Assembly: GCA_964401865.1 (NCBI GenBank)
Contig: CAYNZZ010000004.1
Location: 62,980-94,979, forward strand
Source of the DNA: an uncultured Erysipelotrichaceae bacterium
GTDB lineage: Bacteria; Bacillota_I; Bacilli_A; Erysipelotrichales; Erysipelotrichaceae
Length of the DNA stretch: 32,000 nucleotides
Direction of reading: 5' to 3'
The position numbers and the translations under genes were made by a program. Under the pieces are notes generated by a model, which saw only the letters and a program-made list of their open reading frames with translations, searched no databases and was not told the DNA's origin. Below are positions 18,694 to 25,926 of this stretch, one piece after another. Position 1 is the first letter of the stretch. Each line of letters opens with the position of its first letter.

Positions 18694-19983
18694 ATGGAAT
18701 ACATAGGAATTGGTATTGTCATAGCTGTAGCAATAGCAGCAGGCATTATCATCTATACAAAATTTAATAAGCGTGAAGCTATTCCATCAGGAGATTTGGT
18801 ATCAGTGTCAACAACCAGCGGAAAAGATGAGCTTGCTGAGATTCATCAGGAAAATGAACTTATTATTCAGATGGAGATGCTCCCGGCTGAAGCTATTGAT
18901 GATGAAACTAAGCTGGTAGAAATTACCGATAGCAAGGTTCTTGCTCATGTCAATAATCTGGTTCCGGGATTGGCTCAGGCTGGCAATGCAGTAAATAATG
19001 CTGCGCAGGCTGTTCAAGCAGCGAATGGCGAAGTGTTGTATCGTGCGGTTATTCCAGCAGGTGCCAAACTGACAAATTCTAAAGCAATGGAAGGTGCTGT
19101 ACGCGGTATCTATCATGGTGCTGATGGAATTAAAGGTCATGCCAATCTTGTGGCTGTAGAAGCACAAAAAGGAACTGCGGTAGTTGCTAATACTGCAGCA
19201 GCGGCAATGGGCGTTGCATCAATGGTTGTTGGTCAGTATTACATGACTCAGATAAATGCTGAGCTAGGTGAAATCAGTGATGGCATTTCTCAGATACAGG
19301 ATTTTCAGGATAATGAGTATCGCAGCAGAGTATTTTCGCTTGTAGCTCACGTAAAAAAGATTGCTGATTTCCAAACTGAAATTTTAGAAAACGATGAGTT
19401 ACGTCTTTCAAAGATTGCGCAACTTGATAGCTTGGAAGAAGAATGTACACAGCTTCTAGGACAAGCAAATCTTACACTCGCAGGTTTCGCAAAGAAAACG
19501 GGTCTAGATTATGAAGCTTATGAGAAGGCATTAGGTAATGCGCAGAACTGGTTTATGTATCAGAAGTCATTATTGGATGTGCTTTACAAGATATCTGATT
19601 TGAGATATACATTGCACTTGGGTGCTGTATCAAGGGAACAGTGTGTTGCGTTATTACCAACCTACACTAAGCAAGTAAGTGATACTCAAGAACGACTTAC
19701 AGCATGGCATGATGGAACAACTCAACGCTTAGGCATCGAAACTGATGAAATTCGCAGAAAAAGAGCTGGATTTGATAGCGTGATTCATTTCATACCGGGA
19801 CTGTTTAACGATGATTTCAATTTCCGTTCGATAGAAAAGAAAACAGCAAAAATGATTACTGCGCAGGCATCTGGTCATGAATCATTACATGTTGTGGATA
19901 CATCAGAGCTATATTCAGAAGATGTTCAACTAATTTCAAAAGATGGAAAGATTTATTATCTTCCTGAAAGTAAAGCAGAGTAA
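18694..19983 (+). CDS. Membrane-anchored hypothetical protein (N-terminal TM, Ala/Gly-rich region, helical C-terminal domain)
   Basis: TM helix at residues 4-21 followed by K/K/R. Second hydrophobic stretch at about residues 161-184. SD AGGAGG 8 nt upstream. Lies 51 nt after the HNH gene with no terminator between them. Confidence 0.75.
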   Translation: MEYIGIGIVIAVAIAAGIIIYTKFNKREAIPSGDLVSVSTTSGKDELAEIHQENELIIQMEMLPAEAIDDETKLVEITDSKVLAHVNNLVPGLAQAGNAVNNAAQAVQAANGEVLYRAVIPAGAKLTNSKAMEGAVRGIYHGADGIKGHANLVAVEAQKGTAVVANTAAAAMGVASMVVGQYYMTQINAELGEISDGISQIQDFQDNEYRSRVFSLVAHVKKIADFQTEILENDELRLSKIAQLDSLEEECTQLLGQANLTLAGFAKKTGLDYEAYEKALGNAQNWFMYQKSLLDVLYKISDLRYTLHLGAVSREQCVALLPTYTKQVSDTQERLTAWHDGTTQRLGIETDEIRRKRAGFDSVIHFIPGLFNDDFNFRSIEKKTAKMITAQASGHESLHVVDTSELYSEDVQLISKDGKIYYLPESKAE

Positions 19984-19991
19984 ATAAAAAC

Positions 19992-20022
19992 AACCCTCTC
20001 AACCATCATGGCTGGGAGGGTT
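19992..20022. terminator. Bidirectional hairpin terminator between convergent cargo operon and recombinase operon
   Basis: 10-bp stem AACCCTCTCA / TGGGAGGGTT (one G-U pair), flanked by A5 on the left and T4 on the right. Confidence 0.7.
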
Positions 20023-20036
20023 TTGTGCGTCTTGTG

Positions 20037-21605
20037 CTATCTTTCTACATCGACCTTGAGTCCGGATTTCAATTCAACGGTGCAGTGGGTTGGCCAGATT
20101 ATGATTTGTTTAAGCCAGCGTTTTACAAGGGTTTCATCAAACACTGTAAGGTCGGAAGGCTGGTCTTTAATGAAATCCTGCAATTCGTTTATGCGCTGTA
20201 ACTGTTCATCACGCTGTACCGTGTCAATTGATGCTTGCTGACGCTTTTCTCTGAGTGTAAAAATCTGGTCGGCAATCTCGTCGTAGGCTTCTTTGTTGTT
20301 GGCCTTTTTAACAAGCTCCTGCTGAAGTTCCATAAGCTTCTCATCAATACCATCCGTGGTGATTGCTGCAGAAGCTCTGATGACCGAGGCGATGTTTTGC
20401 TGTAGCTGTTTCTGGTATTTGGATTTATCACCAAGGAGCTCATTCAAGGCAATGAGTACGATTTCCTGTAGGTCAAGCTCGTTGATGGTTCTGGCGTGGC
20501 ATTCAAGGCCAGTAGGTTCTAGCTTGCTAATGCAGTGCCAGACGATGGACTTGCAGCCGCGATTGTTCCAATGAATTCTTCTGAACATCTCACCGCAGTC
20601 GCCACAAATGATAATCTGTGAGAAGCAGTGGTTGCAACTGTAGCTTCGTTTCTTTCCATTGGCGCTGGTCTTAACCACTCGTCTGCGTACCAATTCTTCC
20701 TGCACACGCATGTAAATCTCTTTTGGGATAATCGCTTCGTGGTTTCCTTCAACATAATACTGCGGAACGATGCCAGTGTTTTTAACTCTTGTCTTGTTAA
20801 GAAAATCGGTGGTGTAAGTCTTTTGAAGAAGGGCATCACCGATGTATTTTTCATTGCGGAGAATCTTGTTGATGGTGCTTGTATGCCAGCGTGGTTTACC
20901 TGCGCCGGTAAGAATACCATCCGCTTCAAGACCTGCAGCAATCTTATCCATACTGTAGCCTTCAAGGTACTCTCGGTAGATGCGCTTTACAACTTCAGCC
21001 TGTTCAGGGTCAATGACAAGGTTGCCATCTTCATCTTTGGTGTAGCCAAGGAAGCGGTTGTGGTTTACCTGCACTTGACCATTCTGGTAGCGGAACTGAA
21101 GACCAAGCTTTACGTTCTGGCTTAAAGACTGTGATTCTTGCTGGGCCAGTGAAGCCATAATCGTAAGAAGAACTTCACCCTTGGCATCCATTGTATTGAT
21201 TGCCTCTTTTTCAAAGAATACAGGGATGTTCTTTTCCTTAAGCTGTCTGATGTATTTCAAGCAGTCTAAGGTGTTTCTGGCAAATCGGCTGATTGATTTT
21301 GTGATAATCATGTCGATGGTGCCAGCTTCGCAATCCTCAATCATTCGGTTGAATTCTTCTCTGTTCTTTGTGTTGGTACCGGAAATACCGTCATCAGCGT
21401 ATATTCCGACAAATTCCCATTCAGGGTTCTTCTTAATATATTCTGTGTAGTGCTCAACCTGAGCTTCATAACTTGTAGCCTGCTCATCGCTGTCAGTACT
21501 TACTCTACAGTACGCCGCGACTCGGAGTTTAGGCTTTGCATCCTGCTTGCGACCGGTATTACCAATTTGTCGCTTGGCAGGAATGACCATTACATTTCCC
21601 ATCAA
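20037..21605 (-). CDS. Large serine recombinase (resolvase/invertase N-domain + recombinase domain + zinc ribbon + coiled coil), apparently intact
   Basis: Catalytic region [14 protein letters not shown], the motifs [11 protein letters not shown] and [11 protein letters not shown], recombinase domain, and Cys-rich zinc ribbon (CNHC...CGDCG). 522 aa. Confidence 0.92.
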   Translation of the reverse strand: MMGNVMVIPAKRQIGNTGRKQDAKPKLRVAAYCRVSTDSDEQATSYEAQVEHYTEYIKKNPEWEFVGIYADDGISGTNTKNREEFNRMIEDCEAGTIDMIITKSISRFARNTLDCLKYIRQLKEKNIPVFFEKEAINTMDAKGEVLLTIMASLAQQESQSLSQNVKLGLQFRYQNGQVQVNHNRFLGYTKDEDGNLVIDPEQAEVVKRIYREYLEGYSMDKIAAGLEADGILTGAGKPRWHTSTINKILRNEKYIGDALLQKTYTTDFLNKTRVKNTGIVPQYYVEGNHEAIIPKEIYMRVQEELVRRRVVKTSANGKKRSYSCNHCFSQIIICGDCGEMFRRIHWNNRGCKSIVWHCISKLEPTGLECHARTINELDLQEIVLIALNELLGDKSKYQKQLQQNIASVIRASAAITTDGIDEKLMELQQELVKKANNKEAYDEIADQIFTLREKRQQASIDTVQRDEQLQRINELQDFIKDQPSDLTVFDETLVKRWLKQIIIWPTHCTVELKSGLKVDVER

Positions 21606-22021
21606 ATAACCTCGCTTTCTATAAGGCTGTATAAGTACTCAGCCTGTTTTACTGGATTGTCAAAATACTCTGTGATATCGCTGAAGCGGAAGAGTATTGG
21701 AGCCTTTTTCTCAGGTAGTTCTTTGAATCTGTCGTTGCGGCCAAGTTTGGCTGACCTGCGTCTGATTTCTCTACCTGCAGCAATGAAGGTTTCCTTATCG
21801 ATGATGGCTGGATAAAAGTCATCACCGAGATAATGCTTGTTTTGCATAATTCGCTTGGAACCTGCGTGAAGAGCATTGATTCCAGCTTCCTTAGCAGCAT
21901 TCGTAAGTGAAAGACCACTAAGGTAATTCTTGTATAGCTGTCGTACCTTAGCTGCAGTTTCTTCATCGATAACTGCGATTCCATTTTCGATACGATAGCC
22001 AAGTGGCGTATGTCCCATCAA
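21602..22021 (-). CDS. Small recombinase-domain-only protein (no catalytic resolvase domain)
   Basis: [46 protein letters not shown] matches the start of the 'recombinase' domain of large serine recombinases. 4-nt overlaps with both neighbouring genes. Confidence 0.7.
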   Translation of the reverse strand: MMGHTPLGYRIENGIAVIDEETAAKVRQLYKNYLSGLSLTNAAKEAGINALHAGSKRIMQNKHYLGDDFYPAIIDKETFIAAGREIRRRSAKLGRNDRFKELPEKKAPILFRFSDITEYFDNPVKQAEYLYSLIESEVI

Positions 22022-23324
22022 ATCATCTCCTTAAAAGTAAGACCACACTTCATGACAAATCCGACTTCCTTTCTGGAATACACCAGAATGTGGTCTACAA
22101 ATCTCTCAAATAAATCTTCGCTGTATTCTTCCAGCATTGAACCACGTTCCGCAAAGTGGAGTAGGCGTTCAGCTTCAAAGAACCTAGAGCTGTCACCGCT
22201 CATCGTAGCATTGATAACCTCGATGTTCTCCCTGTAGGTATTGGCCTGTGCAAGAAGAGCATTTGTTTCGCTGTTGTACAATGCTTGGTCGATGTAGCCT
22301 TGCGCCATCAGTCTGGTTAAAGTTTCTCGCTGTTCCGTATTCTGCTCCAGAAGTCGTTCTAAGTGCTGAATTCTTACAAGGTTCTCATCACTGGAATTGC
22401 TCTGGAGGGCAGCAGCATAAGGTTTCAAGACTAGCTTGTGGCTGTAGATTAGTTTGTTAAGAACGGTAACGAAAGCTACCTTTAAATCTTCATCCTTAAG
22501 AAATAGCATCGAGCATTTTGTTTTATCTGCCAGATGGGTATTGTAGCACCAAGCTACGTATTTGCCATAGGTACTGGAGTGCATCCTTCTCCTGAAGGTA
22601 TCGCCACATTCGTCGCAGATGATTTTTCCGGAGAAGGCATAACGCTGCTGGTACTTATTGCTTTCACGCTGGATACCTTTTTCAGCAGCGCGTTGGGTTA
22701 CCAAAAGTCCTGCTGCTTCAAAATCTTCTTTACTGATAATGGCTTCGTGATGGTCGGCAACATAATACATATCAAGTTCACGTTTGTTGTATGTCTGTTG
22801 AAAGAACCATCTGTAAAGGTCTTCTGGAAGATAACGTCGCCGGTATATTTCTCATTGGCAAGAATGCCTCTAATACTTGTTGATGTCCATTTACTACCAC
22901 GCTCGGTAGGGGCACCTTCATCCTCAAGGGCTCTTGCGATAGCATCCGTACCTTTACCGGAAAGAACATCAACAAAGATATGTTTTACAACTTCAGCCTG
23001 CTCAGGAATAACGCGAAGTGTGCGTCCATCCCAGCGGTATCTGTAAGGAGCGTAGCTAAGTTTGAAGGTTCCATTCTGGAATCGCTTCTTGATTGACCAC
23101 TTGCTGTTTTCAGAAATAGAAGTGGATTCACCTTCGGCCATTGAGCTTAGGATTGTCAGGAATAGTTCGTTTTCCATTGAGCCGGTGTTTATGTTTTCTT
23201 TTTCAAAGTAAATAGGAACATCCAGCTACTGCAGCTTTCTGACAAGCTCCAAGCAGTCAGTTGTGTTTCTTGAGAATTGGCTGATGGATTTTGTAATGAT
23301 GAAGTCTATCTTCTTCAAGGTGTA
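22018..23324 (-). pseudogene. Decayed large serine recombinase: 5'-truncated, in-frame TAG, one frameshift
   Basis: My reverse translation upstream of 23177 gives [51 protein letters not shown], with the stop at 23226-23228. This is homologous to the intact paralogue from [11 protein letters not shown] onward. The N-terminal ~90 aa, including the catalytic Ser, are absent. A frame change near 22771-22790 joins ORFs 22698..23177 and 22018..22770. Confidence 0.85.
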
Positions 23325-23325
23325 G

Positions 23326-23658
23326 TTTTACAAATATTATAGTGGGCTTGGGATTGAGAGAAATGACATAGAGGGTGTTCTTGAATTGAACCTAGAGCAG
23401 CATAGCTATGATATTTTGATCTATGACAATGTTCCGGGAGGAGCAGGTCATGTTAAGAGACTGGTTGAGAAGAACGCTGTAATAACATCTTTAAATGCAG
23501 CATATGTGAAAGTATCACAACAATGTTGCGATAAAAACACTTCTTGCTATAACTGCCTTAGAAACTATTGCAACCAAGCAAATCACAGTAAATTAAAACG
23601 CAAGTATGCTCGTGATTTCATTGAAAGTCTATTGAGACAAATAGGTGTTAGACCTTAA
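23326..23658 (+). pseudogene. 3' remnant of a DUF1998 (MrfA/YprA, DrmB, DruE-type) helicase-associated gene
   Basis: ILIYDNVPGGAGHVKRL ... QQCCDKNTSCYNCLRNYCNQANHSKLKRKYA is the four-Cys zinc-binding C-terminal module of DUF1998 proteins. The frame is open only back to 23326, there is no helicase body upstream, and it abuts the truncated recombinase. Confidence 0.75.
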
Positions 23659-23927
23659 AACAGTCTTTATAGGTATAAGGGAGAGCGTGTTTTGGAAGCA
23701 AAATGTATTATTCAGCTTCTTGTATCTGATGATGTCGCCTCATGCAGAAATATATGTGCATGAAGATGACAGTACAAAGCAGATATATGGATTTATCGGA
23801 TTGGATAATGACTATATTGCGGGTGTTTTTTGCAAAAGAAACAATGCAATCCGGGAGAAAAGGAATTTTTAATGGTTTGGAATCATTAACTTCCAATTTG
23901 TGTGGGAGAAACACAGAATCTAGATAA
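23645..23927 (+). pseudogene. Frameshifted, truncated GNAT acetyltransferase remnant
   Basis: AEIYVHEDDSTKQIYGFIGLDNDYIAGVF in one frame continues as KETMQSGRKGIFNGLESLTSNL...NTES in another (ORF 23742..23927). This is the GNAT beta4-alphaA pattern. Both the N-terminal and C-terminal parts are missing. Confidence 0.45.
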
Positions 23928-23987
23928 GGGTGGGTTCACTTCAAGAAATAAAGGATTATATTTAAATAAAAAAATGATTAGTACTAG

Positions 23988-24013
23988 ACACTCACATATT
24001 GAGTGTTTTTTAT
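23988..24013 (+). terminator. Rho-independent terminator ACACTCA-CATAT-TGAGTGT + T6
   Basis: Read directly. It has no intact gene in front of it. Confidence 0.75.
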
Positions 24014-24220
24014 TATGATCGATTATTAATATTCAAATGGATTTACCTCTTTTTCTTCGATTACAGGTTTTAATTGATTTAAAATTTTTCATCAATAGGT
24101 AATCTAATCCAAATTATATATCTTCATTTAATTATACTTTTAGCTTTATTTATTAGTTAGTAATATTTTTGTTGAATGATTATATAATCTATAATTGGAA
24201 ATATATGATTGGAGATTTAA

Positions 24221-24685
24221 GTGATTGAATTGTATAAACCTAAAATAGAAGAGTTATGGTTCAGAGAAGCAATGCTAAATGATAAACAAACTATGTCTTA
24301 CAATAATGCTTATGGTGGCACAATACCATTTCCAAAAGAAAAATGGCAATCGTGGTACGATAAGTGGTTAGTAAATGCTGAAGATAAAAGATTCTATAGG
24401 TACATTAAAGATAACGATGATTTTGTAGGTAATGTAGCATATTATTTTGACGAAGATAGAGAAATATATATTACGGAAATAGTTGTATATGCTCCGTATA
24501 GAAGAAAAGGATATGGCTACAGTGCGTTATTAAAAATATGCGAGATTGCTAAAAACAATGGTATAAGTGAAATATACGATGACATAGCTATAGACAATCC
24601 GTCGATTTCATTATTTATTAAATGTGGTTTTAAGAAAGTGATGCAAACTGATGAGTATATTTTGGTTAAAAGAGAATTTGATTAG
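24221..24685 (+). CDS. GNAT-family N-acetyltransferase
   Basis: GTG start after GGAG. Acetyl-CoA-binding core IVVYAPYRRKGYGYSALLKICEIAKNNG. 154 aa. Confidence 0.8.
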   Translation: MIELYKPKIEELWFREAMLNDKQTMSYNNAYGGTIPFPKEKWQSWYDKWLVNAEDKRFYRYIKDNDDFVGNVAYYFDEDREIYITEIVVYAPYRRKGYGYSALLKICEIAKNNGISEIYDDIAIDNPSISLFIKCGFKKVMQTDEYILVKREFD

Positions 24686-24822
24686 GTAATTAAATCATTA
24701 TTTTATTTATACTATCCAGCGTGATATTCAATCACATTCGGCAGTAAGCAGAAATATAAATAAATATATGCAAGCTAACTGAGATTGTATAGATTAGAAA
24801 TATTTTATATTCTTAAAATAAG

Positions 24823-24856
24823 TTAACATATTTTAACATAACTACTACTTAACATA
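24823..24856 (+). repeat. Three direct TTAACATA repeats upstream of the SWIM gene
   Basis: TTAACATA at 24823, 24833 and 24849, read directly. Confidence 0.5.
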
Positions 24857-24930
24857 AGAAACAATAACGGAATCATTGAATCATAGAATACGCATTGTTA
24901 GAATTGAGATGTATTAGAAAGAGGTATAAT

Positions 24931-25815
24931 ATGTCAGATAATAATGTGATAAAAATAATTGATAATGAAATATTAGATGATGAAGAAGAATCAACACTTT
25001 ATTGTGATGAAGGAAAAATCTTAGGTAAAATGAAAGATGAATTTCATGACAAGATTAAAAGAAGAGGAAAAGATTATTACTATCTTGGAAATGTTCTAAA
25101 GTGTTTTAAAGATGGCAATAGTTATGTTGCGAAAGTAAAAGGTTCTTTGCCAAAACCATACACTGTGAAAATTACCAATAGTATTTATGATGGCATAAAA
25201 ATGGAATGTGATTGCCCATGTGACTATCCATGTAAACATGAATATGCTGCATTGATGGCTATATCTAATCAAGAATATAAAGAAGTGACATTGAAACCTG
25301 AATTAACAAAAAAGAAAAAGCCATTGTGTTCAATTATTGAAAGCATTCCTGCCGAAGAAATTAAGTCATATTTATTATCTCCGGTAGGCGAAGATTATGT
25401 TTGCTTTGAAATGATGGCCTTCGAGAAATATTTTATAAAGTATCTGCCAAAACAAGATTATGATTTTTACTATAACAACCTCTACAACAAAATTCTTTTA
25501 GAGGAAGATACAGATATGATATTAGAGTCGTATTTGGATAAAACTAAACAATATATTGATGGCGATGATTTTGTTGAAAGCTTTAAAATAATAAAAAGTA
25601 TAATCGAAGCTTATAACGATTCAAATAGACTCAATTTTGATGATTGTATTATTGATACATTATCTAAAATTGGTATGTTTTTAAGAATTATATATCGAAA
25701 GTGTGATATTGATACAAAGAAAGATATTGATGAATGGGCAGTATCTTTAAAAGATAGTGATTATTATGATAACTATTATTTAGAAGATATTATCAAAATG
25801 GTTAAAAGTATTTAA
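24931..25815 (+). CDS. SWIM zinc-finger domain protein
   Basis: RGKDYYYLGNV...AKVKGS...YTVKI...CDCPCDYPCKHEYAALMAI is the CxCxnCxH SWIM pattern. The ATG at 24931 follows AGAAAGAGG, and the listed TTG start at 24895 is unlikely. Confidence 0.8.
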   Translation: MSDNNVIKIIDNEILDDEEESTLYCDEGKILGKMKDEFHDKIKRRGKDYYYLGNVLKCFKDGNSYVAKVKGSLPKPYTVKITNSIYDGIKMECDCPCDYPCKHEYAALMAISNQEYKEVTLKPELTKKKKPLCSIIESIPAEEIKSYLLSPVGEDYVCFEMMAFEKYFIKYLPKQDYDFYYNNLYNKILLEEDTDMILESYLDKTKQYIDGDDFVESFKIIKSIIEAYNDSNRLNFDDCIIDTLSKIGMFLRIIYRKCDIDTKKDIDEWAVSLKDSDYYDNYYLEDIIKMVKSI

Positions 25816-25823
25816 GAAAAATT

Positions 25824-25854
25824 GAGGTAGTTTATAGATGACTATCTCTTTTTA
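25824..25854 (+). terminator. Hairpin GAGGTAGT-N9-ACTATCTC + T5
   Basis: Read directly; the stem has one G-U pair. Confidence 0.55.
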
Positions 25855-25926
25855 TAAGAATGGTTACTAAAGCTAGAAACAATGTGTAAAACGATTTAAT
25901 ATTATATTAAGGAAGGAAGTTGCCTT

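Larger units (their letters stand above)
17423..23923. mobile_element. Putative degenerate integrated island at the 3' end of rlmD (rumA)
   Basis: G+C is visibly higher. My hand counts of single 60-nt lines give roughly 35-48% inside the block against roughly 28-38% in flanking housekeeping genes. The block carries serine recombinase genes and gene remnants, and is bracketed by TCTAGGAAAG (17423-17432) and TCTAGATAAG (23919-23928). Confidence 0.55.

Noticed and set aside
20008-23046. Plus-strand ORFs inside the recombinase region (20008..20241, 20356..20574, 20628..21125, 21181..21450, 21450..21815, 22010..22237, 22248..22460, 22534..23046) and alternative-frame minus ORFs (20189..20443, 20519..20965, 21649..22002, 22778..22975).
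   Set aside because: All lie antisense to or out of frame with clearly homologous serine recombinase coding sequence. Their translations are low-complexity Ser/Leu/Cys-rich, with no recognisable motifs and no SD. Long spurious ORFs are expected in this higher-G+C segment.
23731-23737. GATGTCG heptamer, and the GTGGGTT / ATCTAG similarities near 23916-23937, as further copies of the 17.55-17.69 kb repeat family.
   Set aside because: Isolated 6-7-mers are expected by chance several times in 32 kb on two strands. Only the TCTAG(A/G)(A/T)AAG match at 23919-23928 was retained, as a boundary hypothesis.
23708-23914. Minus-strand 68-aa ORF and other small ORFs across the GNAT remnant and the AT-rich spacer 23930-24220 (for example a 19-codon Lys/Arg-rich minus-strand frame near 24046-24105).
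   Set aside because: They are antisense to recognisable, though decayed, GNAT coding sequence or too short and lacking an SD. There is nothing to support them beyond an open frame.
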